DNA of 32,000 nt from Raphidiopsis brookii D9 (GTDB lineage Bacteria > Cyanobacteriota > Cyanobacteriia > Cyanobacteriales > Nostocaceae): positions 60,001 through 92,000 of the forward strand of contig ACYB01000020.1 of NCBI GenBank assembly GCA_000175855.1, read 5' to 3'. The notes under the pieces were generated by a model. It was not told the DNA's origin. It did not search any database and worked only from the letters and a program-made list of their open reading frames with translations. Position numbers and translations under genes: made by a program. Position 1 is the stretch's first letter, and every line of letters starts with the position of its first letter. Positions 10,511-20,642 of this stretch are shown in pieces.

Positions 10511-10978
10511 CTATAGATCAATGGAAAAACCTGGCTCACCTCTTATAAATGCTACTAAGATTACCAGTATCAAACAACCTATTATTGTCAGACCCAGTAC
10601 AAGCAGTATAAATAGCTCTCCAGATGATAAAGGGCGATCGCTCGCCTCTAAATACATAGATTTAGAATAATCATGGGGTTTGGGAATTGAATCATTGAAA
10701 TTTGTAGGTGATGGAATAACCCCAAATCTGTAATAACCAATTTTTAAATCATAACTCAAACGACGTTCAGGATTACTCAAAGTAGCATAAGCTTCATTAA
10801 GCTGCTGGAATTTAGCAGTAGCAACCTGATCGGGAAGTTCCGTAGTATCTGGATGATAGTGTTTACTCATTTCCCGGTAAGCGCGGCGAATATCAATCAC
10901 TGATGCTGAGGGGTGAAGTCCCAGCAAAGTGTAATAGTTAGGGCGATCGCTTTGTACTTCTTCTCCAGTTTGATTCAC
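10511..10978 (-). CDS. J-domain protein with a C-terminal transmembrane anchor
   Basis: 155-aa ORF. The J domain (YYTLLGLHPSASVIDIRRAYREMSKHYHPD) has an intact HPD, and there is a single hydrophobic C-terminal helix (LFILLVLGLTIIGCLILVILVAFI). Confidence 0.8.
   Translation of the reverse strand: MNQTGEEVQSDRPNYYTLLGLHPSASVIDIRRAYREMSKHYHPDTTELPDQVATAKFQQLNEAYATLSNPERRLSYDLKIGYYRFGVIPSPTNFNDSIPKPHDYSKSMYLEASDRPLSSGELFILLVLGLTIIGCLILVILVAFIRGEPGFSIDL
10634..10641. repeat. HIP1 palindrome GCGATCGC
   Basis: Exact octamer read in the sequence. Confidence 0.95.
10943..10950. repeat. HIP1 palindrome GCGATCGC
   Basis: Exact octamer read in the sequence. Confidence 0.95.
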
Positions 10979-11058
10979 GGTTATGGTTCACCTTAATTGC
11001 ACTTGGCATTTACAAAAGAGGAGTATAACTTATTTCTTTCACTGAGTCAAGAACAGAC

Positions 11059-12051
11059 CTACCTGAGGTCACCTCTGGGCTTTAAGCTTTCTATTTCCCG
11101 TAATTTCTGATAAAGTTGTCTTTCCTCATCACTAATATTTTTGGGGGTGACGATTTGAATTTCCACTAGTTGGTCACCACGGTTACCAGCTTCCATCGGA
11201 TAACCTTTATTTGCCAACCGGAATCTTTGTCCAGATCTGACTGCGGGAGGAATAGTCATTTTTACCGGACCATCTAAAGTAGGTGCTTCCACCTGTCCAC
11301 CTAAAACCGCTTCACTGGGGGTTACAGGTACCTGACAAGAAATGTTAAATCCCTCCATTTTAAATAGGGGGTGAGGTTCAACAGTAATTTTTAAATATAA
11401 ATCACCCCCACTAATCCCCTGATTGCGTAAGCGGATAGTTTGTCCTGTGAGCATAGCGGGTGGCATAGTCACTTCCAAAGAGCGCCCGTCTTCCAGGCGT
11501 ATTCTCTCATTACCGCCTTGATAAGCCTTTTCTAAAGGTAAAGTCAGTCTAGCTTCAATATCTTTAGGGGGAGTACGGGAAGGATTATTAACAGTATAAG
11601 CGACTTTAGTACGAGGATTACCAAAAGGGTCTTGAGTAGTTGTATTAGGGCTTTTCTTAGTCTCCTTACGACTACTAACACCTATAACCTGATTAATAAA
11701 ACTTTCAAAATCTGGAAAATCGGCTGGATTGACACCCTGGTTAGTAGATTCACTAGGGCGGTTAGTACCCCAGCTCTTAGATTTTGCTGCTGTTTTAGCA
11801 CCTGTAAAACCCCTTTGTTGCCAGTAGCGACTAAACTGGTCATATTGGGATCTGCGAGCAGAATCGGAAAGTATTTCATAGGCCTCCCCAATCATCTTAA
11901 ACTTTTCCTCGGCCTCTTTGTTACCGGGGTTGAGATCGGGGTGATATTGTCTAGCCAATCGACGATAAACCTTTTTAATTTCTTCGTTGGAAGCATCCTT
12001 GGTCACTCCCAAAATTTCGTAATAATCGCGGAAATTCTGCAAATTTTGCAT
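11059..12051 (-). CDS. dnaJ: DnaJ-family co-chaperone lacking the zinc-finger domain (CbpA/DnaJ3-like)
   Basis: 330-aa ORF. The J domain ([35 protein letters not shown]) is followed by a linker with no CxxCxGxG repeats, then DnaJ C-terminal beta-domains. It lies 55 nt downstream of dnaK. Confidence 0.85.
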   Translation of the reverse strand: MQNLQNFRDYYEILGVTKDASNEEIKKVYRRLARQYHPDLNPGNKEAEEKFKMIGEAYEILSDSARRSQYDQFSRYWQQRGFTGAKTAAKSKSWGTNRPSESTNQGVNPADFPDFESFINQVIGVSSRKETKKSPNTTTQDPFGNPRTKVAYTVNNPSRTPPKDIEARLTLPLEKAYQGGNERIRLEDGRSLEVTMPPAMLTGQTIRLRNQGISGGDLYLKITVEPHPLFKMEGFNISCQVPVTPSEAVLGGQVEAPTLDGPVKMTIPPAVRSGQRFRLANKGYPMEAGNRGDQLVEIQIVTPKNISDEERQLYQKLREIESLKPRGDLR

Positions 12052-12106
12052 AATCAGTTATCAGTGCTGGGGTAGTAGGGGGAAAGAGATATTTTGGTTG
12101 GGCAAT

Positions 12107-14176
12107 TTATAGCCAATCATCATCGTCGTCATCCCAATTATCCTGGTAACCGGGACGGGTGCGACCGGACTCGTTATTATAGGATGGGGAGGAACGGTTA
12201 TTTTGACCATAGTTCTGACCCCTAGAATTATCCCTACCATAGTCTCCGTTATAGGAACGGGATTCTCGATAGGGTTCTCTGGGATAGTCTGGCTGTTTTT
12301 CTTTTTCACCCATGAAAATCTCGCGGATAGCGCCAAACAAGTCCTCATCTTCATCCTCAGCATAATACTCCCGCACTTCACGATTTAGCTCGTACAGAGC
12401 ATCTTGCAGGTCTGAGTAAGTCTGGTCAATACCCCGGTCATTATTTTCTTTGAGACTTTCCCGCAGTTCACGACAAATGTTATCAATACGCTGACGACGG
12501 TTGCGGGCAAACTGCATACCCATTTCCAAGGCTACTTCTCTTAACTGCCGTTCTGCTTGTAAGATGAGAGCCTCGGACCGAGTGCGTTTTTCCACTCTCT
12601 CTCTCCGCTCACGATCAACATCAGCAAACTTCTGAGCGTCCTGAATCATTCTGTTAATTTCGGATTCACTTAAAGTAGAAGCACCTTGAATAGTAATACT
12701 TTGTTCCCTACCAGTGGTGCGGTCTAGAGCCATGACCTGCAAAATACCATTGGCATCTATATCAAAAGATACTTGAATTTGAGGTATACCTCGAGGAGCG
12801 GGAGGGATGCCATATAACTTAAACCTTCCCAAGGATTTATTATCCGACGACATTTCCCTTTCACCCTGAACCACATGAATTTCCACACTGTTTTGATTAT
12901 TTTCTGATGTGGAAAAAATATCGGACCGCCTAACAGGAATAGTAGTATTACGGGGAATCAGTTTTTTCATCAAACCGCCAATAGTTTCCAAACCCAGGGA
13001 AAGAGGAGTAACATCCAAAAGTAGAACGTCTTTCATTTCCCCAGCGAGAATCCCTGCTTGAATGGCCGCGCCCACAGCTACTACCTCATCTGGATTAACA
13101 TTCTCACTAGGTTCAATGCCAATTAAATCTCGCACTAGCTGCTTCACCATTGGCATTCGGGTAGATCCCCCAACTAATACCACTTCTTCTATATCCACAG
13201 GTGAAATTCCGGCATCTTTAAGTGCCCGTTTAACTGGGTTACGAATCCTAGTAAGTAAATCACTACATAAACCTTCAAATTGGGAGCGAGTCAGTCTAGT
13301 TTCCAGATGTTTTGGTCCATCCTCTGTTGCAGTAATAAAAGGCAGATTAATATCCGTAACACTCACATTAGAAAGTTCAATTTTTGCCTTTTCCGCTGCT
13401 TCCATTAAACGTTGTAAAGCTTGTCTATCTTTTCTTAAATCTACCTCTTCTGTGGCTAGAAACTGTTCCGCCAACCAGTCCACTATTTTTTTGTCAAAAT
13501 CGTTACCACCTAATTGGGTATCACCACTAGTGGATTTAACCTCGAACACCCCATCACCCACGTCTAAAATGGAAACATCAAAAGTGCCACCGCCCAAATC
13601 AAAAACGAGTATAGTTTCCAAATCACCTCGTTCTAATCCGTATGCTAGGGAAGCAGCGGTAGGTTCATTGAGAATACGCAGCACCTCCAACCCGGCAATT
13701 CTACCAGCATTGCGGGTGGCTTGCCGTTGAGAATCATTAAAATAGGCAGGTACGGTAATTACGGCCCCAGTGACGGGTTGACCCAAATAGCGACTGGCAT
13801 CAGTGGCCAATTTCTTCAACACCATTGCCGAAATTTCTTCCGGGGCAAAGTCTTTATTTAATCTGGGACAGGCAACCTTAATATTGCCCATTTCATCCTT
13901 ACGAATGGTGTAGGGTACACGCTTAGAATCGGGATTCAGTTCTCCATATCTACGTCCAATAAATCGTTTAACAGCAAAAAACGTATTTTGGGGATTGAGA
14001 ACTGTTTGCCTTCTGGCCATTTGTCCTACAACTCTTTCACCTTCCTTGCTGAAACCTACAACTGAGGGAGTAGTTCGTACACCTTCAGCATTAGCAATCA
14101 CCACCGGCTTGCCACCCTCCATCACGGCGACTACTGAGTTGGTTGTACCCAAGTCGATGCCGACTACCTTGCCCAT
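12107..14176 (-). CDS. dnaK: Hsp70 chaperone DnaK, DnaK3-like with an extended low-complexity C-terminus
   Basis: 689-aa ORF with [16 protein letters not shown] and [10 protein letters not shown]. An 83-aa N/Q/G/Y/R-rich tail ends in DDDDDDWL. Confidence 0.92.
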   Translation of the reverse strand: MGKVVGIDLGTTNSVVAVMEGGKPVVIANAEGVRTTPSVVGFSKEGERVVGQMARRQTVLNPQNTFFAVKRFIGRRYGELNPDSKRVPYTIRKDEMGNIKVACPRLNKDFAPEEISAMVLKKLATDASRYLGQPVTGAVITVPAYFNDSQRQATRNAGRIAGLEVLRILNEPTAASLAYGLERGDLETILVFDLGGGTFDVSILDVGDGVFEVKSTSGDTQLGGNDFDKKIVDWLAEQFLATEEVDLRKDRQALQRLMEAAEKAKIELSNVSVTDINLPFITATEDGPKHLETRLTRSQFEGLCSDLLTRIRNPVKRALKDAGISPVDIEEVVLVGGSTRMPMVKQLVRDLIGIEPSENVNPDEVVAVGAAIQAGILAGEMKDVLLLDVTPLSLGLETIGGLMKKLIPRNTTIPVRRSDIFSTSENNQNSVEIHVVQGEREMSSDNKSLGRFKLYGIPPAPRGIPQIQVSFDIDANGILQVMALDRTTGREQSITIQGASTLSESEINRMIQDAQKFADVDRERRERVEKRTRSEALILQAERQLREVALEMGMQFARNRRQRIDNICRELRESLKENNDRGIDQTYSDLQDALYELNREVREYYAEDEDEDLFGAIREIFMGEKEKQPDYPREPYRESRSYNGDYGRDNSRGQNYGQNNRSSPSYNNESGRTRPGYQDNWDDDDDDWL

Positions 14177-14275
14177 GGGTTTTTTTTCTCCTGTTTTCTG
14201 TTCAACTAGATTTATATGATATTATTCTATTATGGTGGTTTTGCCATTGTCCCCGGTTGACCTAGGTTAAACTGG

Positions 14276-15979
14276 TTAACTAATGCCAAACACAGAACCC
14301 ATGGTAGATTTGATGGAGTTTCCCGCATCTTTTAGGGTCTGGGTAATTGGATGTTTTGACTGGAGAAACACCTTGGCGCAATTACGTCCTGGCATTCCCG
14401 AAATGGATCCACCAGGATGGGTTCCCGCACCCGTTAAAAATAAATTGTTAATAGGAGTTTTATAATTGGCCAATTCCGGTAGGGGTCTAAAGAATATCAT
14501 TTGGTCTAAGGTCATGTCAATATGGTAATAATTGCCTTTATAAGCTCCTAGTCGTTCCCCCAATTCTGCTGGACTTTCTACCCTTCTGGCAATGGTGGCA
14601 GTTTTTACATTAGGAGCATAGGTGGCCAGCTTTTCCACTACTTTATCTGCTACCCGATTTTTTAATTCATCAGTCCAACCTGTTCCCTTTAAACCTCTAC
14701 CCTCTGCACCAGCAATTTGATAGGGGGCAAAAAATTCAATCCACACCGTGTGTTTTCCCGGTGGGGCTAAACTGGGGTCTAAAAAGCTAGGCACTACCAC
14801 GTACATGGAGGGGTTACTGTCGGGAATTTCTCCTAGGGTGCATTTACTATGAGCTTGTTCTACATGATGCATAGAATCCGCAATTAGAATAGACCCAGCC
14901 AAATATTCATCTTTATGGTTGTGGTAGGGGAAACGTAAAGGCTCATCTAAGGCTAAATCTATCTTTAAAATAGTTTCATTATTGTTAACTATCCGTCTTG
15001 CCAATCTTTCTCGCAGTTGGGGATCCGCATCATCTACTTCCGTGGGATCAACTAATTGTAAAAATAATCGTTGAGCATCAATGTTAGAAATTACTCCATA
15101 CTTAGCACGATATTCCCTACCACCAGCTACACGTACCCCCACGGCTTCACCATTGTCAATTAGGACTTTTTCTACTAACTGGTCAGTGAGGATTTTACCT
15201 TGCTTGGCAGTAACTAAATTTACTAGTGCTTTGATTAAAGCACCCGTACCTCCACGGGGTCTACTCATTCCTGGGTGGTGACGCATGGACATCATCATTA
15301 CGCCTATGGCTAAGTTTTTTTGTGATGGTGGTGCTCCCAGTTCTGATGCTAATCTTGAGAGGGGAGCTTTTAAAAACTCTTCATCAAACCATTCGTTTAG
15401 AATATCTTCTGCACTTGTAAGCATGGTGCGAATAAAATCTAAACTTTTTTGAGTAGAGCCAACAACAGAAAATAAATCTTGGAATTTTTCCAGATTATAG
15501 TTACCAAAAATATCTATGATTGATTTTGGTGGAGCATTAAAAATGGGCATCATCGCATTAATTACTCGTTGCCAATATTGAGTAAATTCCGCATATTTTT
15601 TAGCGTCCTTTGGGTTGTATCTGGCGATTTCTGCACAGGTTTTTTCTAGGGATTTATGAGCTAGGAAGTACTTACCATCTGGATGGGGACAGAAAACCAC
15701 TGGATCGCATTCTAGATATTCCAAACCATATTTTTCCAGCTCTAATTCTTCTACAACTGGACCTAAGTGAATAAACTCATGGTCAATAGCACAAAGATTA
15801 AATTTGAACCCTGGTGCTTGTTCTGGAATACATTCCTCCGTAGTAGCTGCACCACCGGGAACGGAACGCTTTTCTAGTAGTAGAACACTATAACCAGCTT
15901 TGAGTAGGTAAGCTGCACACACTAAACCATTGTGTCCAGCACCAATAATTATTACATCGTATTCATCTTTATGGTTCAT
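14276..15979 (-). CDS. CrtI-family FAD-dependent oxidoreductase (phytoene-desaturase-like), possibly CrtO-type beta-carotene ketolase
   Basis: 567-aa ORF with the N-terminal dinucleotide fold DVIIIGAGHNGLVCAAYL...LLEKRSVPGGAA and the C-terminal LTGAGTHPGGSISGMPG motif typical of the CrtI/COG1233 family. The CrtO assignment is from memory and unverified. Confidence 0.75.
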   Translation of the reverse strand: MNHKDEYDVIIIGAGHNGLVCAAYLLKAGYSVLLLEKRSVPGGAATTEECIPEQAPGFKFNLCAIDHEFIHLGPVVEELELEKYGLEYLECDPVVFCPHPDGKYFLAHKSLEKTCAEIARYNPKDAKKYAEFTQYWQRVINAMMPIFNAPPKSIIDIFGNYNLEKFQDLFSVVGSTQKSLDFIRTMLTSAEDILNEWFDEEFLKAPLSRLASELGAPPSQKNLAIGVMMMSMRHHPGMSRPRGGTGALIKALVNLVTAKQGKILTDQLVEKVLIDNGEAVGVRVAGGREYRAKYGVISNIDAQRLFLQLVDPTEVDDADPQLRERLARRIVNNNETILKIDLALDEPLRFPYHNHKDEYLAGSILIADSMHHVEQAHSKCTLGEIPDSNPSMYVVVPSFLDPSLAPPGKHTVWIEFFAPYQIAGAEGRGLKGTGWTDELKNRVADKVVEKLATYAPNVKTATIARRVESPAELGERLGAYKGNYYHIDMTLDQMIFFRPLPELANYKTPINNLFLTGAGTHPGGSISGMPGRNCAKVFLQSKHPITQTLKDAGNSIKSTMGSVFGIS

Positions 15980-16070
15980 GTAGCCTTAAATATACTATTA
16001 ATATATACTGCATGTAATTTACTATAAGTAGTATAACCCAGGTATTGCAACTTAAAAATATTTTTTTGTT

Positions 16071-16103
16071 GGAGAGGGGAGTTGATAAAAAACTTCCCCC
16101 TCC
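16071..16103 (-). terminator. Possible terminator hairpin downstream of glgA
   Basis: GGAGAGGGGAGTT (16071-16083) pairs with AACTTCCCCCTCC (16091-16103), giving a 13-bp stem with 2 mismatches and a 7-nt loop. It starts 28 nt after the glgA stop. No U-tract follows on the minus strand. Confidence 0.3.
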
Positions 16104-16130
16104 TAACTTATATCAGAAGATTTACCAAGT

Positions 16131-17612
16131 TTACCACTTGTGTCTTATCCAATCATAGATCTCTAAGTATTTCTCCCCGGGAAGATTCCAGGAGTAGTCA
16201 TACTGCATACCCTGAATGGCTAACTTTTCAAACTCCTTTGGTTGGTTCTTCCATAGGTCAATAGCTCTACCCATGGCTGACTCTAGGCCTTGATCGTCTT
16301 GGCTATAAAACACGTAACCATTACGCCTTTCTAGGGGTAGGGTTTCTTCGTAATCTCGGTCAAAAACTGTGTTTACTAATCCACCCACGCCTCTAACTAT
16401 GGGAACTGTGCCATATTTTAACCCAATCATCTGAGTTAATCCACAGGGTTCATAATTACTGGGGACAACTATCATATCCGATCCCGCATAAATTAGATGG
16501 GATAGTTCTTCGTTAAATCCTAGTTCTAGATGAACATCTGGGTTACTATTTAAAAATTGTTTTTCATGTTGAAAATGAGCGTTGATTGCTGGTTCGGTGG
16601 CTGAACCTAAAAGTACAAATTGCGCTCCTTGATCTAGGGCATAATAAATGGCATGGTGGACAAGATGTACACCTTTTTGATTATCCAAGCGACCAATATA
16701 GGCGATGATTGGTTTGCTATCATTATCCTGTAACATCAGTCGTTCTCGTAAAGCTTTTTTGTTATAGGCTTTTTGTTCAAAATCATCCCAGCTGTAACTA
16801 TGGGGAATATAACGGTCAATTTCCGCATTCCAAAAGTCATAATCAATGCCGTTTAAAACTCCACTAAATTTGTCTTTTTGCAAATATAATGTGTGTCCCA
16901 ATCCGCAACCTACTTCTGTGGTTTGCGCTTCTACAGCATGATTTGGTGAAACTGTGGTGATGGCATTGGCATAGTTGATCCCCGCCTTCATAAAGTTGAT
17001 GGCAAAGGGGTTAAAGTTGTCTCTTAATTTATCGTACTGAAAGTAATATTCCGGTCGGTTTAAGTTAGTTGCTTCCAGGGTTTCTACACCCCCCATTCCC
17101 TGATGTTTAAAGTTGTGAATGGTGTAACACACTCTTTGATATTCCATGCCATGGTATTTATAAATTTCATACAACATGACAGGAATTAGTCCGGTTTGCC
17201 AGTCGTGACAATGAATTATATCTGGTCTTTTATTACTCTGTAATAAAAACTCCAGGGCGGCTTTGCTAAAAAAGGCAAATCGCATATTGTCATCATTACA
17301 ACCGTAGTAACAACCCCTATTAAAGAAGTTGTCTTGACTATGGGGTTGAATGAAGAAACACACTCTACCATGTACCCAACCACAATATACTGAACAGTGA
17401 ATTGCTGCGCCAAACCAGGGTACCCACAAATTTAAATAAGCATCATGTAATCCCCATACATGGTCATAGCGCATACAGTCGTACATGGGTAGTATTAGTT
17501 CAACTGTATTTCCCCTTCCTTCTAATTCCCTGCTAAGTCCGTAGACAACATCCCCTAACCCCCCAGCTTTAATTACTGGAGCGCATTCTGAGGCAATTTG
17601 TACTATGTACAT
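16131..17612 (-). CDS. glgA: Glycogen synthase, GlgA2-type
   Basis: 493-aa ORF. The N-terminus MYIVQIASECAPVIKAGGLGDV carries the KxGGL motif. The GT5 and GT1 domain layout is present, including EPCGLTQM. Confidence 0.9.
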   Translation of the reverse strand: MYIVQIASECAPVIKAGGLGDVVYGLSRELEGRGNTVELILPMYDCMRYDHVWGLHDAYLNLWVPWFGAAIHCSVYCGWVHGRVCFFIQPHSQDNFFNRGCYYGCNDDNMRFAFFSKAALEFLLQSNKRPDIIHCHDWQTGLIPVMLYEIYKYHGMEYQRVCYTIHNFKHQGMGGVETLEATNLNRPEYYFQYDKLRDNFNPFAINFMKAGINYANAITTVSPNHAVEAQTTEVGCGLGHTLYLQKDKFSGVLNGIDYDFWNAEIDRYIPHSYSWDDFEQKAYNKKALRERLMLQDNDSKPIIAYIGRLDNQKGVHLVHHAIYYALDQGAQFVLLGSATEPAINAHFQHEKQFLNSNPDVHLELGFNEELSHLIYAGSDMIVVPSNYEPCGLTQMIGLKYGTVPIVRGVGGLVNTVFDRDYEETLPLERRNGYVFYSQDDQGLESAMGRAIDLWKNQPKEFEKLAIQGMQYDYSWNLPGEKYLEIYDWIRHKW

Positions 17613-17815
17613 TCCTAGCCCTCACTTCACAAAACTTTATTTAACTTCATTTAATATATAGTAATTATTACTCATTTGTTTCTTGTCTTACTAATTTTGG
17701 ATTCTTGATTTTTATCCAGACGTGTCTATATTAGTGTTGTTCATGAATCTTCATTGAAGATTTATGTAAGAGTAGGATCCTGTAATACAGTTTTTGAGAC
17801 AATTTTGGTTTTACT

Positions 17816-17823
17816 GCGATCGC
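17816..17823. repeat. HIP1 palindrome GCGATCGC
   Basis: Exact octamer read in the sequence. Confidence 0.95.
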
Positions 17824-18139
17824 TTGCTGATAAGTCCTCTCCAGCTTGTAAACGGGTTGCAGAATTTTGTAATACCGTCCCTGCATTAGCATCACCCATT
17901 TGCAAAGCTGTTTTTGCGGCCGCTTGTAACATAGTTGCTGCTCCCAAACGGTCTCCTTGCTGCAATCTATCTTCTGCTAACTGGGTTTGACGATACTTGG
18001 CTAAAGCTAGAATGTAATTTTGCACTTTTGGACTAGTATTTTCTTGGTAAGTGCGCTCCACATTGACATAGACTGGTAAATTTGGGAATATAATCCCGTT
18101 TTGTCTACAGAAGGGTCATTGTAACGTACTTGTACATTG

Positions 18140-18147
18140 GCGATCGC
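18140..18147. repeat. HIP1 palindrome GCGATCGC
   Basis: Exact octamer read in the sequence. Confidence 0.95.
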
Positions 18148-19206
18148 CTGTTGACCTTCGGGCAATTGTTCCAAATAAATATTAGTCAATATCACCCGTT
18201 CCACATCTTTCATTAAATCCCCTAACTTAACCCCAAACCGTCCATCTGGTTCCACTTGCACTGGTAATTCAATCGTATCTGGGGACACCTGAGCAACAGG
18301 TTTAAATTCAGCTAAACGTATATTTGGTGCTAGTGAAAATAACAAATAAGCATTAGTCAGTCCGACAGTTTGCATTCGCATCAACAAACTATTAAACTTG
18401 TCCACTGCCTGATCGGGGTGTTCAATATGAGACAAACTTCCCAGTCCAGCGTCAGAAATTTTCTCTAAAATATGCTGATTCCAATTATTGCCAAATCCCA
18501 AGGTGTTAACGGTCAAATTATAATCAGCAGCCAACTGGGCAAATTTTAAACAGCGATTATTATCACCATGTTCATTTTCCCCATCCGTAAGTAAAAAGGC
18601 CTGGGAAATAGTATCCCTTCTTCCCTTTGCCAACTCCTCAATTCCCAATCGCAACCCCTCATCAATAGATGTTCCCCCGTTTGCTGACAGACGATTGATT
18701 TGTTGTTTAATGTGATCTCTATCTACAACATTTTGATTAGATAGTAGCACTTCTGCTCGGTGATTAAATACCACAATGCTTAGTCTATCCTGATCCCTAA
18801 GCTTATCAACCAGCAACCAAGCAGCGCGTTTAACATTTTCCACAGGTTGGCCCTTCATGGAACCACTGTGGTCCAAAATCAAACATAGGTTCAACGGGAC
18901 TCTTGAATCTATAGTTTCTCCAATAGCAGAAACAGAAATAGCTATCAGGCGTTGACTACTAGATTTACTGGCATCCACATTAGTATTATTGACACCGGAC
19001 TGCAAATTGACCTTCATAAACCATTATCCTAAAAAGATTGGGTTGTAGTAAATAATTAAATAATTTCAGATGCACAAAATAATTCTAACCTCGAGTCAGC
19101 TAACCGACTATGAACTAATCTTGGTGGGCAAATAATTCACTAATCTGAGGATCGCGCTAGGATGTAATACATACAGTTAAGAATATAGACTCAGGCAATT
19201 TAGTTC

Positions 19207-19896
19207 ATGGAAACTTCTCCCATCAAAGCTGTCCAAACCTCCTACTACAGCGACAACTGGTACCGCACACCACCACCAGACCTGGCCTCCCTACTGCTAA
19301 AGGAAAGAATAGTTTATCTGGGTACACCTTTGGTTTCTCCAGACGAGTATAAACGCCAAATGGGGGTTGATGTCACCAAGTTGATTATTGCCCAACTACT
19401 GTATCTCAAGTTTGACAACCCAGAGAAACCCATCTTTTTCTACATCAACTCTACAGGTACATCTTGGTACACTGGAGATGCTATTGGCTATGAAACGGAA
19501 GCTTTTGCCATTTGTGATACTATAGACTACATTAAGACTCCTGTACATACTATCTGTATTGGTCAAGCTATAGGTACAGCAGCACTAATTCTCTCCTGTG
19601 GGACTAAAGGGTTTCGTGCCAGTTTGCCCCATGCTACAATAGTTCTCAATCAACCTCGTAGCGGTACAAGAGGTCAGGCTACGGACATTCAAATTTATGC
19701 CAAGGAGGTCCTGTCCAACAAAGCGGCAATTCTAGACATTTTCTCCAAAAATACGGGACAGCAACCGGAAAAAATCTCTAAGGATATGGAAAGAATGTTC
19801 TATTTGACTCCACAAGCTGCCAAAGAATACGGTTTAATAGACCGTGTTTTGGAAAGCATGAAGGATTTGCCTAAACCCCTGCCCATCCCTGTTTAA
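19207..19896 (+). CDS. clpR: ClpR, catalytically inactive ClpP-like subunit
   Basis: 229-aa ORF of the ClpP fold that lacks all three triad residues: GQAIGTAA (no Ser), TIVLNQP (no His), DMERMFY (no Asp). It has the ClpR-type insertion TSWYTGDAIGYETEAF and the N-terminus AVQTSYYSDNWYRTPPPDL. Confidence 0.9.
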   Translation: METSPIKAVQTSYYSDNWYRTPPPDLASLLLKERIVYLGTPLVSPDEYKRQMGVDVTKLIIAQLLYLKFDNPEKPIFFYINSTGTSWYTGDAIGYETEAFAICDTIDYIKTPVHTICIGQAIGTAALILSCGTKGFRASLPHATIVLNQPRSGTRGQATDIQIYAKEVLSNKAAILDIFSKNTGQQPEKISKDMERMFYLTPQAAKEYGLIDRVLESMKDLPKPLPIPV

Positions 19897-19950
19897 CACG
19901 AAAATAACCCCAGTTGCTGCCCACACCTCTAGTCGTTTTTTCTTATCCGT

Positions 19951-20595
19951 ATGTCCCTTAATGCCGCCCTCCGAGTCCCCTATAACATTCCCGGTAGTAA
20001 TTCCTGGCAATGGGTAAATATATATACCCGTATGGCTCAAGAACGAATTTTGTTTTTGAATCAGCCACTCACCACCAATCTGGCCAATTCTCTCATTTCT
20101 TCCCTGCTGTATCTTGACTCAGAGGACTCAAGCAAACCTATCTACCTTTACATTAACTCTTTTGGTGATCCTGTTATGGCGGGTATGATTAGTGAGATGG
20201 CGGGAATGGAGTCCACTAATGCTTGTTTGGCAATTTATGATACTATCCAACACGTTAAATCAGAAATTGTTACCATTTGCTTGGGACAAGCTGTATCTAT
20301 GGCTGCTTTGTTGCTTTCCTGTGGTGCCAAGGGTAAACGGGTGAGTTTACCGCATTGCAGTATTGCTTTGGCACAGTTCCGCAGCGCCACCCAGGGTCAA
20401 GCTACGGATATTCAACTGAATGCACAGGAGGTTCTACGCAAAAAATCCCTGATTCTGGACATTTTTTCCCACAATACTGGACAGTCTCGCGAAAAAATTG
20501 CTCATGATAGTGAGCGTATTTTTTACATGACTCCCCCAGAAGCTAGGGAATATGGGTTAATTGATCACGTCTTAGAAAATACTAAGCAGCTATAA
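19951..20595 (+). CDS. Additional ClpP-family paralog, predicted inactive (Ser retained, His and Asp lost), with a 14-aa insertion
   Basis: 214-aa ORF. GQAVSMAA keeps the nucleophile Ser, but SIALAQF replaces IMIHQP and DSERIFY replaces DMDRDFF. The insertion ISEMAGMESTNACL sits before AIYDTIQ. Confidence 0.85.
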   Translation: MSLNAALRVPYNIPGSNSWQWVNIYTRMAQERILFLNQPLTTNLANSLISSLLYLDSEDSSKPIYLYINSFGDPVMAGMISEMAGMESTNACLAIYDTIQHVKSEIVTICLGQAVSMAALLLSCGAKGKRVSLPHCSIALAQFRSATQGQATDIQLNAQEVLRKKSLILDIFSHNTGQSREKIAHDSERIFYMTPPEAREYGLIDHVLENTKQL

Positions 20596-20642
20596 CTCAT
20601 AGATAAAGTACGTCTAAACCCTAATTATCCTATTAAACTGTC

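Larger units (their letters stand above)
17762..19017 (-). pseudogene. von Willebrand factor type A (vWA) domain protein, split by a 1-nt frameshift near 18090-18105
   Basis: ORF 18007..19017 carries the MIDAS motif (LILDHSGSMKG, LTDGENEHGD) and ends after 20 out-of-family residues. ORF 17762..18061 encodes the conserved C-terminal helical part (ERTYQ...LAKYRQTQLAEDRLQQGD...). That second frame is open back to 18115 and reads ...IIFPNLPVYVNVERTYQ. One extra G in the minus-strand GGG (plus CCC 18095-18097) would give DKTGIIFPNLPVYVNVERTYQ in one frame. Confidence 0.75.

Noticed and set aside
12061-12381. A 106-aa minus-strand ORF overlapping the dnaK tail in another frame and running into the dnaK-dnaJ gap.
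   Set aside because: This is an alternative-frame reading of the repetitive, low-complexity dnaK 3' region. The frame bearing DnaK homology is unambiguous.
13062-13730. A 222-aa plus-strand ORF antisense to dnaK, and similar antisense ORFs inside clpC (4049..4309, 5321..5566, 5888..6070), clpB (27638..28014, 28751..28969), the vWA gene (17754..17990), dnaJ (11632..12075) and the CrtI-like gene.
   Set aside because: These are shadow ORFs on the opposite strand of strongly supported conserved genes. Their translations are low-complexity (S/T/P/R-rich) with no motifs and no ribosome-binding context.
14177-14275. I searched for a CIRCE/HrcA operator (TTAGCACTC-N9-GAGTGCTAA) upstream of dnaK, and also upstream of clpB (30112..30212) and clpC (6142..6358).
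   Set aside because: No match was found. Only an isolated TTAGCAC occurs, at 6183-6189, with no inverted partner.
17742-17766. The near-perfect palindrome CATgAATCTTCA-T-TGAAGATTtATG spanning the stop codon of the vWA gene.
   Set aside because: As a hairpin the loop would be only 1-3 nt, and no U-tract follows on the minus strand. It could be a protein-binding palindrome, but nothing else supports that. I recorded it without calling it.
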